From positions 660,001 to 692,000 of the forward strand of contig JANQMZ010000007.1 in assembly GCA_028279805.1 (NCBI GenBank): DNA of 32,000 nt, in the 5' to 3' direction. Shown here piece by piece: positions 8,254-16,217 of the stretch. The stretch is from an archaeon. Lineage in GTDB: Archaea > Iainarchaeota > Iainarchaeia > Iainarchaeales > JANQMZ01. The translations under genes and the position numbers were made by a program. Under the pieces are notes generated by a model that did not search any database, was not told where the DNA came from, and worked only from the letters and a program-made list of their open reading frames with translations. Within the stretch, counting starts at the first letter, position 1. The number at the start of each line of letters is the position of its first letter.

Positions 8254-9447
8254 TTATACTCCTAAATAAATTAGAATTGTGGGAAGCATTAAAAAAGTCA
8301 TGCAACTTGTTCTGTTAATTTTTGATGTAATTGCATAAAAACCTATGCTTGTTGCAGTAAGCAAAATCGTTAATCCTAAAATTCCTGAAAAAACAAGTGT
8401 TAAAATTAAAAGAAAAATTAAAACGCTGATATTAATTTTTTTATAAGGCAGCATTTCAACAATTTTTATAATTTGTTTTGAAATTTTTTTTGTTATAACA
8501 ACTCCGAAAGCTATTGATATTAGGGAAATGGCTAAAATGAGAATAAAATGTTCTTTTTCTAAAAACAAAATCTGTTTTATTATTTTGGCAACGCCTGTTC
8601 TTGTGATTCCTATTGCATACAATCCAAAAAAGCTTAACAAAATGTTAACAGTGTTGATTCCTCCGAGAATTATTAAATATTTTTCACTATTTTTGACATT
8701 TGTTAATTTTTGAATAATTGTTGCAGCCTGTGCTGAACCAATGCTTGGCAGCAGTGAAACAAAAGTTCCTGAAAAAAACCCGAAAAAACTTGATTCCAAC
8801 GCTTCCATTTTTCCTATTAGTTTTTTTGAAGTTTTTTGTTTTGGCAGAACAGGTTCATTATTAATTGAAGCTATAATTGTGCTTAATCCGAAAAACCCTG
8901 TTACCAGCGGAAACAACGAATTTGAAACAGTTAAATTTCTTAAAACCAGTATTCCCAGCAATCCGGATAAAATCATTACAATTAAAGTTTTTGTTTTGTT
9001 TTTCTGAAACAAAATCATTAAAATAATTACAAAAAAAAGAATGCCCGGAATTGCCATCGGAAGAACCTCAAAAATTTTTCTGGCAAAAAGAACAAAAACA
9101 GGGGAAAAAATCAAAGCAAAAATTCCTGAAAATAATCCGCCTAAAACAGTCAAATTAACCGCTTTAATGCCATTTCCGTCTAAAAGCATTTTGTGGCCTG
9201 GCAGTATTGACAAAAAACTGTTTTCGTCAGGCACTCCTAATAAAATGCTCGGAATAAAATCCACAAAACTGTGAACCAAGCTCATTGAAATTATTACTGC
9301 GAGAACAAATTCATTTCCCTGTGCAACAAACAAAAACAATAACAATGCCAATGCATTTATGTGCAAGCCGGGAATTAATCCTGTCAAAATTCCCAGGCAG
9401 CATCCTATTATTGTAAAGAAAAATAATGCTAAAAATGTTTCAATCAT
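8254..9447 (-). CDS. TctA/DUF112-type multi-pass membrane protein, archaeal subfamily
   Basis: LGILTGLIPGLHINALALL...SLVHSFVDFIPSILLGVPDENSFLSILPGHKMLLDGNG plus many TM segments. Confidence 0.75.
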   Translation of the reverse strand: MIETFLALFFFTIIGCCLGILTGLIPGLHINALALLLFLFVAQGNEFVLAVIISMSLVHSFVDFIPSILLGVPDENSFLSILPGHKMLLDGNGIKAVNLTVLGGLFSGIFALIFSPVFVLFARKIFEVLPMAIPGILFFVIILMILFQKNKTKTLIVMILSGLLGILVLRNLTVSNSLFPLVTGFFGLSTIIASINNEPVLPKQKTSKKLIGKMEALESSFFGFFSGTFVSLLPSIGSAQAATIIQKLTNVKNSEKYLIILGGINTVNILLSFFGLYAIGITRTGVAKIIKQILFLEKEHFILILAISLISIAFGVVITKKISKQIIKIVEMLPYKKINISVLIFLLILTLVFSGILGLTILLTATSIGFYAITSKINRTSCMTFLMLPTILIYLGV

Positions 9448-9808
9448 TTTGAATTTTTCTTGCAATTATCTGCAAGTCTCCTTTGTATAATCCTATTTTT
9501 CCGATAATTTTTACAACAGAATTTTCCCTGACTTTTAATGCATCTTCCTGTGAATAATTAAATTTTACAATTTTAATTTTTGAACCGTCATTAACTTCAA
9601 ACCATAAAACATTTTTTTCAATATTTATTTTTTCAGCAAAGCCTTGTACCTGGACAAATTTGTCCAGGTCTTTTTCTGAAATGTTTTCAATTTTTACCGT
9701 TTCAGGCTCAACCAGGTTTGCGTAGAAAAACAAAAAAAGCATTCCTGCAAAAGCCAAAGCTAAGGCAATTAAATCTAACCAGTTCTCTCTTAGCATACAC
9801 TTATTCAA
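9440..9808 (-). CDS. Membrane-anchored OB-fold protein
   Basis: One N-terminal TM helix followed by a beta-rich sequence VQVQGFAEKINIEKNVLWFEVNDGSKIKIVKF...VVKIIGKIGLYKGDLQIIARKI typical of OB folds. Confidence 0.65.
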   Translation of the reverse strand: MNKCMLRENWLDLIALALAFAGMLFLFFYANLVEPETVKIENISEKDLDKFVQVQGFAEKINIEKNVLWFEVNDGSKIKIVKFNYSQEDALKVRENSVVKIIGKIGLYKGDLQIIARKIQND

Positions 9809-9848
9809 GTATCAATATTTCTTTAAATTTTTTCATTTTACTTTAATT

Positions 9849-10178
9849 ATGGCTAAAGTTATTGGATTTGACCATCTGGCTGTTTCTGTTTCTGACATGG
9901 ATGAATGTAAAAAATTTTTTGTTGAAGGCCTGGGTTTGAAGAAAAAAGCTGATTATGGAAATGAATTTTTTATGGAACTGCCTGATTCGAGGACTATTGC
10001 ATTGTTTAAGGGAAAAAATGAAAAGAGCACAATTCATCATCTTGCTTTAAAAGTTGATGATTTGAACGGAATTAAAAAAAAGCTTAAAAAACTTGGTTAC
10101 AGGCTTTATAAAGGAACTGTTACCCCCACTGACATGGTCGAGGGGCCTAACGGTTTAATCATTGAATTGGTTCCCTGA
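9849..10178 (+). CDS. VOC/glyoxalase family protein
   Basis: IGFDHLAVSVSDMDECKKFFVEGLGLKKK...STIHHLALKVDDLNGIKKKLKKLGYRLYKG...EGPNGLIIELVP. Confidence 0.85.
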   Translation: MAKVIGFDHLAVSVSDMDECKKFFVEGLGLKKKADYGNEFFMELPDSRTIALFKGKNEKSTIHHLALKVDDLNGIKKKLKKLGYRLYKGTVTPTDMVEGPNGLIIELVP

Positions 10179-10179
10179 T

Positions 10180-10704
10180 TTAAACAGTGAATTCTTCCGG
10201 TTTTATTTTAAGAATTTTAAAAATTTCTTTTTCCATTTGAATTGATTTTTTTTCTGCTTTTTTTATTTCTTCCAGCCTTTCAGCATTTTTTCCGTACTTG
10301 TTTTCAATATATTCAAATCGTTTTTTTAATGAAACAAATTTGTCATCAGGATTAACCCTTTTGTCACAATAAAAAACAATTTTTTCTTCCCACGTTTCAT
10401 GTTCATTGTTTAAAACAGCGGTTAAATGTGTTTTTTTAACAATTTTCCATATGGAAGGCCATTTTTTTTCCAGCATTTTTTCTCCCGCTCTATACTCAAA
10501 ACCGTGTTGTATTTGACCCCATTTGTCAATATCATGCAGTAAAGCGGCCCTGCTTACAAGTTTTTTGTCAATTTTTAATCCTTTTTTTAAAAAAATTTTT
10601 GCCATTGCATTTGAAACCTGTTCAACTTTTTTTGAATGAATTAAAATATTTGGCGGATTTTTTTCTTTAACAAGTTTAATGCATTCTTTTTTAGTGGGAA
10701 GCAT
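10180..10704 (-). CDS. HD-domain protein (ORF can extend to 10716)
   Basis: ILIHSKKVEQVSNAMAK...AALLHDIDKWG; KKTHLTAVLNNEHETWEEKIVFYCDKRV. Confidence 0.8.
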   Translation of the reverse strand: MLPTKKECIKLVKEKNPPNILIHSKKVEQVSNAMAKIFLKKGLKIDKKLVSRAALLHDIDKWGQIQHGFEYRAGEKMLEKKWPSIWKIVKKTHLTAVLNNEHETWEEKIVFYCDKRVNPDDKFVSLKKRFEYIENKYGKNAERLEEIKKAEKKSIQMEKEIFKILKIKPEEFTV

Positions 10705-11167
10705 TTTTTTCACCAAGAATTTTTATCAAGGAATTCATATCCGAAACTTTTCTTAATTCGTAAAAATTTTTTGCACCGGATAAAACAATTGTTTTTGCTT
10801 TTGCTTTTTTGCACAGTTTTAATGTTCTTGCCAGTTCAGTAAAAGCTTTTGCTTTTTCATATTCGGATAAGCTCAAATAATCTGAAAAAATTATTCCAAC
10901 ACTTGTTTTGTTTTCATAACATTTCTTTGCTGTTTGTAAATCAAATGAGTGTTTTTTTTTAGCAGGCAGAATCAAAACTGAAACCTTTTTGTTATTTGCA
11001 GCAAAAGCATTTTGCTGCGGTGTTCCGCCCAAAACAGCAATTTTTTTGTTTTTGTTCAGATTTTTCAAATTTGTTTTTGTTAAAATTTCAAAATCAGTCA
11101 ACGTTTCTTTCCATTCTTTTATTTTATTTAAAATTTTTTCATCTTTTTTTATTGTTAAATTTTCCAT
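10691..11167 (-). CDS. rnp3: RNase P protein component 3 (Rpp30/p30 family), short form
   Basis: IAVLGGTPQQNAFAANNKKVSVLILP...DLQTAKKCYENKTSVGIIFSDYL...KAKTIVLSGAKNFYELRKVSDMNSLIKILG; sits directly downstream of L15e as in many archaea. Confidence 0.7.
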   Translation of the reverse strand: MENLTIKKDEKILNKIKEWKETLTDFEILTKTNLKNLNKNKKIAVLGGTPQQNAFAANNKKVSVLILPAKKKHSFDLQTAKKCYENKTSVGIIFSDYLSLSEYEKAKAFTELARTLKLCKKAKAKTIVLSGAKNFYELRKVSDMNSLIKILGEKNASH

Positions 11168-11214
11168 AAGTAAAATAACGTTTTTTAAGATTTAAAATTT
11201 TTCACAATTTTAAT

Positions 11215-11820
11215 TTATTTTAACCTGTTTTTTTTGCTTTTCTGGCTTGGCCTTGCTTTTTCGCTGCCTTTCCCTTTTTTTCTTAAACCGCGGCCTTTTT
11301 TGCCCGCGGATGTCAATCCTCGTTCTGCCCTTCCTGTTTTTTTTTCAATTGCAATCCAGTTAATTTTTTTGTCTTTAATTATTGCAGGATGTGTTGTGTC
11401 TATTAAAATTATTTCATAAAAATGTGTTTTTCCGTCGGATGCAACTTTGTAAGAATTTAAAACTTCACAGTTTGCATATTTTTTTGAAGCTCTTTCTTCT
11501 GCTATTCTTTGAATGCTTTTTTTTCTGGTTTTTTTTAAAACATTCATTCTTTTTGGCCTGCGTCCCTTGGTCGGTCTTTTGTGTAATCCTGTTCCTTTTC
11601 TTATTTTAACTATTGCCACAATATAGCCTTGTTTTGCCCTGTAACCCAAAACCCTGGCTCTTGCCAGGTTTGAAGGCTTTTTTAACCTTGTTATTGAATT
11701 TGGAAATTTTCTTAATTCTATTAATCTTTTCTTTTTCAATTCTTTGTAGTTGTATTCGCCGCCTTTAATCCCTTTGGCTTCATTTTGAAAAGTTTTTTGA
11801 ATTTGTTTTAATGCATTCAT
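11215..11820 (-). CDS. rpl15e: 50S ribosomal protein L15e (track start 11922 too far upstream)
   Basis: IRLRKFP-like IELRKFPNSITRLKKPSNLARARVLGYRAKQGYIVAIVKIRKG; KRPTKGRRPKRM; ERASKKYANCEVLNSYKVASDG. Confidence 0.93.
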   Translation of the reverse strand: MNALKQIQKTFQNEAKGIKGGEYNYKELKKKRLIELRKFPNSITRLKKPSNLARARVLGYRAKQGYIVAIVKIRKGTGLHKRPTKGRRPKRMNVLKKTRKKSIQRIAEERASKKYANCEVLNSYKVASDGKTHFYEIILIDTTHPAIIKDKKINWIAIEKKTGRAERGLTSAGKKGRGLRKKGKGSEKARPSQKSKKNRLK

Positions 11821-11913
11821 TTTAATCACAAAAATTTGATAATCCTGTTTAAAAGCAGATTTAAACCTTTTTGTTACTAAATTGTATTTACATAAATTTA
11901 AAAGGCTTTTTTT

Positions 11914-12912
11914 ATGGCTCAAAAAAGTTGTATTGTAAAACAGGTAAATGCTCCAAATCCGGATAAAAAAACCTGTTTAAAATGCGGCAAAAACGCCCAA
12001 ATAACACTTCCATATGGCCCTCAGCATTATTGTAAAACTCATTTTATAGAACTTTTTGAAAAAAGAGTCAGAAAAACAATCAGAAAAAACAAGCTTGTTT
12101 TGCCCGGTGAAAAAATTGTTATAGGGGTTTCAGGAGGCAAAGATTCAATGATTTCATTGTATTTGCTCAAAAAAATTTGCCCTCAGAATGAAATTATTGC
12201 TTTAATGATTGATGAAGGAATTCACGGTTACAGAAACAAGGCAATTGATATTGCAAAAAAACAATGTGATTCCTGGAACATTTCTTATAAAATTGTTTCT
12301 TATGAAAAAGAATTCGGCCATTCAATGGATAAAATAATGAAACATTTGCATCAAAATAAAAATCTTGGTTCAAGCTGTTCTTTTTGCGGAGTTTTTAGGA
12401 GGCGTTTGCTTAACAAGTTTGCAAAAAATTTAAATGCCGACAAGCTTGCAACCGGCCATAACCTGGATGATGAAGCTCAAAGCATTGTTATGAATGTTTT
12501 TGACAATGATGTGAAAAAATTTTCACGCCTTGGACCAATTGTAGGGGAGAATCAGAAAAATTTTATTCCAAGAATCAAGCCTTTGTATGAAATTCCTGAA
12601 AAAGAAATTGTTGCATTTGCTTCTTTTAAAAATATTCAGCATTATTCAGATGAATGCTGTCCTTACAGCTGGCAGGCCAAACGAAATAATTACAGAAACA
12701 TGTTAAATGATTTTGAAAAAACTTATCCCGGAACAAAACATTCAGTTCAAAAATTTTTATTAAGCATTCGGGAAAAAATGATTCCTCAAAATTTAACACA
12801 AAAAGATTTAATGAACTGCATTAAATGCGGTTCGCATTCCAATAGTGAAATTTGTCCTGTTTGTCAAAAAATTGATTTGATTGAATCAAAAATTGTTGTT
12901 AAAAGCACTTAA
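11914..12912 (+). CDS. TtuA/TIGR00269-type tRNA 2-thiolation PP-loop ATPase
   Basis: Zn ribbon CLKCG...HYC; PP-loop VSGGKDS; SSCSFCG and DECCPYS Fe-S cysteines; LATGHNLDDEAQ; C-terminal CIKCG..CPVC. Confidence 0.88.
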   Translation: MAQKSCIVKQVNAPNPDKKTCLKCGKNAQITLPYGPQHYCKTHFIELFEKRVRKTIRKNKLVLPGEKIVIGVSGGKDSMISLYLLKKICPQNEIIALMIDEGIHGYRNKAIDIAKKQCDSWNISYKIVSYEKEFGHSMDKIMKHLHQNKNLGSSCSFCGVFRRRLLNKFAKNLNADKLATGHNLDDEAQSIVMNVFDNDVKKFSRLGPIVGENQKNFIPRIKPLYEIPEKEIVAFASFKNIQHYSDECCPYSWQAKRNNYRNMLNDFEKTYPGTKHSVQKFLLSIREKMIPQNLTQKDLMNCIKCGSHSNSEICPVCQKIDLIESKIVVKST

Positions 12913-12914
12913 GG

Positions 12915-12986
12915 GGGCCTGTGGTCTAGTGGTATGACGTCACGTTGACAACGTGGAGGTCGGCGGTTCAATTCCGCCCAGGCCCA
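12915..12986 (+). tRNA. tRNA-Val (GAC)
   Basis: Acceptor GGGCCTG/CAGGCCC, anticodon arm TCACG-TTGACAA-CGTGG, T-arm GGCGG-TTCAATT-CCGCC, discriminator A; CCA not encoded. Confidence 0.95.
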
Positions 12987-12992
12987 TTTTTT

Positions 12993-14369
12993 TTATTTTT
13001 TTGAATTAATTATTCTGTTCATTTCTGCTGCAAATTTTTTTTCAAATACATCCAATTCTTTTATTTTTTTGTCAATTAATTCAATTCTGGAATCAGTTTT
13101 TTGCTCTGCTTTTTGGGCTTCCTGATTTAATTGTTCAAGTTTTTTGCTTAATCTTTCAGTGTTTTCTTCTATTGTTTTGATAAATTTTTCTTTAAATATT
13201 TCCAAATCATGCGTTGTATTTCTTAAAGAATCATAATCTATTTCGCCTTTTATTTCGGTTTCAAGCTCATGTATTTTATCTGAAACCCTTTTGTCCCATT
13301 CAACAATTTTTTTACCCATTTTTTCATCCCATTCTTGTACATTGATTTGCTCTGTTTTGCCTGTTTGTTCAGGCATGCTTTTCCCGGTTTTTTCTGTCAT
13401 GTTACTGATTTTTTTTTCTGTTTCCACAGCCTTTTGTTCAAATTCTTTTAGTTTTTTATCAATTTTTTCAGGATTCAGTTTTTTTATTAATTCGTTCATT
13501 TCTGAAAGCTTGTTTTTCATTTCATTTTCCAGGTCTGTGTTTTTTTGAACAGCAATGCTTGAAACCTTGTCTTCAGCTTCTTTTATTAATCCTTCAACAA
13601 TGTTTGACTGCAATTCAAGTGTTTTGCTTATCCTCTGGTCCAGTTCTTCCAGGCGTTTTTTTGATGATTCCAAAAAATCTTGCGCATCGCTTTTTGATTG
13701 AATGAGTTCTGAATTCATTTCTTTTATGAGTGAATTTTTTAACTCTTTTAATTCTTCTTCAAGCATTTTGAATTTTTCAAGCATTAACTTGTTTTCCTGT
13801 GTTTTTTTTTCAACCTGTTCCAAATCTATTTTAAGCTGTGAACCAAGTTTTTTTAATTCTGAAATTTTTGTGTTTAAAACACTTGCAACTTCCAATTCTT
13901 TTTCTTCCATTTTTGAATTTATTTTTTCGCTTAACAAAATACTTTTTGATTCAAGCAATGCATTAATTTTTTTAATTTCTTTTTCTAACCCTTTTTCAAC
14001 TTCTTTTGAAATTTTTCCTTCAAAATTTTCCTGAATTTCTTTCATTTCCTTTAATCTTTGATTTGCTGTTGTAAGAATTCCTTTTTCCCAAAGTTTTGCT
14101 ATCTGCCCGTCTTCAAGTTTTGAAATTTCATCATCTTTTTTTCCATAATTTTTAACTTTTTCAGAAAAAGGTTCTGTGTCTTTTTCATCATCTGTTTTTT
14201 CCGGTTTTGTTTTTTTTTCAGGTTCTTTTTTTGCTTCTTTTATTAACTGGTTTGCATTTTCTTCGGATATTCCTACTTCCTTTAAGTTGAGAATTATTTC
14301 TTTGTCCGGAACATTTAATTTTAAGAGTTTTCTGATGCTTTCCAAAACCAGTTCATTTTTATCAGGCAT
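12993..14369 (-). CDS. Large coiled-coil protein with small N-terminal helical domain
   Basis: N-terminal NELVLESIRKLLKLNVPDKEIILNLKEVGISEENANQLIKEAKK, charged linker, then ~350 aa of heptad-like K/E/L-rich sequence. Confidence 0.75.
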   Translation of the reverse strand: MPDKNELVLESIRKLLKLNVPDKEIILNLKEVGISEENANQLIKEAKKEPEKKTKPEKTDDEKDTEPFSEKVKNYGKKDDEISKLEDGQIAKLWEKGILTTANQRLKEMKEIQENFEGKISKEVEKGLEKEIKKINALLESKSILLSEKINSKMEEKELEVASVLNTKISELKKLGSQLKIDLEQVEKKTQENKLMLEKFKMLEEELKELKNSLIKEMNSELIQSKSDAQDFLESSKKRLEELDQRISKTLELQSNIVEGLIKEAEDKVSSIAVQKNTDLENEMKNKLSEMNELIKKLNPEKIDKKLKEFEQKAVETEKKISNMTEKTGKSMPEQTGKTEQINVQEWDEKMGKKIVEWDKRVSDKIHELETEIKGEIDYDSLRNTTHDLEIFKEKFIKTIEENTERLSKKLEQLNQEAQKAEQKTDSRIELIDKKIKELDVFEKKFAAEMNRIINSKK

Positions 14370-14394
14370 TTGAGTAAAATATCTTTCAAATTTA

Positions 14395-14464
14395 TTTAAA
14401 CCTTCGGTTTAAAACTTTCAAAAATGAAGAGTTTTTGAAATTTATTTAAAACTTGTGTTTTAAA
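14395..14464. repeat. Tandem ~50-bp imperfect repeat carrying two inverted repeats
   Basis: TTTAAACC-TTC-GGTTTAAA (14395-14413) and TTTAAAAC-TTGT-GTTTTAAA (14445-14464), each preceded by AAATTTATTTAAA and followed by CTTTCAAAAA. Confidence 0.8.
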
Positions 14465-14499
14465 GCTTTCAAAAACAGTGTTTTAATTTGAAAAAAATG

Positions 14500-14603
14500 T
14501 GGACCGGACGGGAGTTGAACCCGTGGCCTCCACAATTTTAGCCTCAATCTTTTAAGATTTTCAGTTGCCAATGTGGCGATCTACCAGACTGATCTACCGG
14601 CCC
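14500..14603 (-). tRNA. tRNA-Ala (GGC) with ~30-nt intron at canonical 37/38 position (about 14536-14565)
   Basis: Acceptor GGGCCGG/CCGGTCC with G3-U70 identity pair, T-arm ACGGG-TTCAACT-CCCGT, split anticodon arm CCACA-TTGGCA-[intron]-T-TGTGG; discriminator A. Confidence 0.93.
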
Positions 14604-14608
14604 ATTAG

Positions 14609-14830
14609 CTATAATGAGATTGAAATGATTGAATCGCCTCTTATCATAAGCTTTCCAACTTTTGTTTTTGTCTCTCCGTTAACCAGTTCTTCCGCGTCTT
14701 CCAAAACAATGTTTAAGTGAACGTCAAATGCTTTTAAAGTGCCTCTTACCTGTTGTTCTCCTTTTAGTTTTACTAAAACCGGTTTTCCTATGTTTTCGCT
14801 TAAACTGTCAAACGGTCTTCCATCAGTCAT
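14609..14830 (-). CDS. Archaeal Sm-like (Lsm) RNA-binding protein
   Basis: Sm1 VLVKLKGEQQVRGTLKAFDVHLNIVLEDAEE and Sm2 VGKLMIRGDSIISI. Confidence 0.93.
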   Translation of the reverse strand: MTDGRPFDSLSENIGKPVLVKLKGEQQVRGTLKAFDVHLNIVLEDAEELVNGETKTKVGKLMIRGDSIISISL

Positions 14831-15621
14831 TGTGGTTCCCCCTGTCTTTTGAATATTTTGTTTAGAAGCCTTTTTAAAAATGATTCTTTTTTTTCTTTTT
14901 CAACAATTTTTACTCCTGTCATTTTTTGTGAAATTTTTTCAAAAGATTTTGAGGCAGGGCTGTTAATGTTTCTTAAAATAACGGGTTCCTGTTTTTTTTC
15001 CAAAAAAGTTTGTCTTACGTTTTCATCGTAAGGAATTTCACCGTAACTTGGCAATTCCATCATTTTCATTAACTGTTTTTTCTCAATTTCTCCTTTTTGT
15101 TTTTTTATCATGTTTATAATTATTCCGATAGGCTTCGAACCAAGTTTTTGTGCAACTATTTTTGTTTTTAATGCATCTGCAACGCTTGGCGAATCCGGCG
15201 TTGTTACAATCAAAACATGGTCTGCTGCCGCCAAAGCAGACTGAACATTTTTTTCAATTCCTGCTGCTGCATCCAGTAAAATGTAATCATATTTGTCTTT
15301 TAATGTTGAAATAATTGATTTTAATCTTGCAGAATCAACTTTTTTATAATTTTCCAAACTCAGCCCTGAGGGAATCAGTTCAACATTTCCGGGGCCGTCA
15401 TAAATGGCGTCATCAATTGTTGATTCTCCTGTTAACACTTCATGCAGTGTTATTGGAGACATTTGCAGTCCTAATATTAGTGACAGGTTTGCCATTGCAA
15501 CATCTGCGTCAATCAGCAAAACTTTTTTTCCAAGTTTTGCCAGTGCCACTCCCAAATTTGCAACAACTGTTGTTTTGCCAACACCGCCTTTTCCTGATGC
15601 AATTGTTATTATTATTCCCAT
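14827..15621 (-). CDS. minD: MinD/ParA-family ATPase
   Basis: Deviant Walker A SGKGGVGKTT; LIDADVAMANLSLILG; YDYILLDAAAGI; C-terminal amphipathic SFLKRLLNKIFKRQG. Confidence 0.88.
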   Translation of the reverse strand: MGIIITIASGKGGVGKTTVVANLGVALAKLGKKVLLIDADVAMANLSLILGLQMSPITLHEVLTGESTIDDAIYDGPGNVELIPSGLSLENYKKVDSARLKSIISTLKDKYDYILLDAAAGIEKNVQSALAAADHVLIVTTPDSPSVADALKTKIVAQKLGSKPIGIIINMIKKQKGEIEKKQLMKMMELPSYGEIPYDENVRQTFLEKKQEPVILRNINSPASKSFEKISQKMTGVKIVEKEKKESFLKRLLNKIFKRQGEPQ

Positions 15622-15646
15622 GTTATCATCATGTTTTTTGTTGTTT

Positions 15647-16123
15647 TTATTTTCTTTCCATTCCCAGCAATCCCAGTTTTTTTAATATGTCAAGCTTTGT
15701 TTCTTCTTTTGTTTCTTCTGAGGCTTGTTCGTATTTTTTAGGAATTTTTCTTTTTAATTCCTGTAAAGAATATTCTTTTGATAACTGCATTTTTTCTTCA
15801 AATGCTATAACCAGTTCTGCCTGTTGTTTGCTTAACTCGTTTACATCAATTATTCCCTGTTGTGATGCAAATGAGTTTAAAATTTTTGTTAAAGCCTCTT
15901 CTCCAAGCACATCTTTTTCTTCGTTTATGTTTTGAAAAATTGCCCCTTTCAATGAACCTTTCTGAAATAATAACAGTCCTTCACTTATTCCGTTTTTTCC
16001 TTCAGTTGTTATAACAAGATAACCTGTAAACGTTTCTTTGAACAGGTTTGTCAAAATTTCCAAAATATTTGTTTCTGATAATTTTTTTCTGTTTTCAATT
16101 GTTTTTCCTGCGGGAAGATTCAT
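15647..16123 (-). CDS. DUF2226-like archaeal protein
   Basis: N-terminal NLPAGKTIENRK...LFKETFTGYLVITTEGKNGISEGLLLFQKGSLKGAIF, resembles the DUF2226 pattern. Confidence 0.5.
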   Translation of the reverse strand: MNLPAGKTIENRKKLSETNILEILTNLFKETFTGYLVITTEGKNGISEGLLLFQKGSLKGAIFQNINEEKDVLGEEALTKILNSFASQQGIIDVNELSKQQAELVIAFEEKMQLSKEYSLQELKRKIPKKYEQASEETKEETKLDILKKLGLLGMERK

Positions 16124-16166
16124 TTTTTCACCTGTTTTTGAGCAATAAAAGTAACAAAATTGTTTT

Positions 16167-16183
16167 AAAAAGCTTTTTTATTA
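16167..16183 (+). promoter_or_regulatory. Probable archaeal BRE/TATA core promoter of aIF5A
   Basis: AAAAAGCTTTTTTATTA about 35-50 nt upstream of ATG 16218; same element recurs upstream of other genes. Confidence 0.6.
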
Positions 16184-16217
16184 CATTTTTTTTGGTGATT
16201 TTTTGGAAGAAGAAAAG

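Noticed and set aside
14500-14603. Split or permuted tRNA instead of intron-containing tRNA-Ala
   Set aside because: Both halves are contiguous in normal order and separated by only ~30 nt with a BHB-compatible fold, so a plain intron explains it.
15315-15935. 206-aa plus-strand ORF MILILQNQLFYNFPNSALRESVQ...
   Set aside because: It spans minD and the DUF2226-like gene on the opposite strand and has low-complexity Leu/Phe/Ser composition expected of antisense translation.
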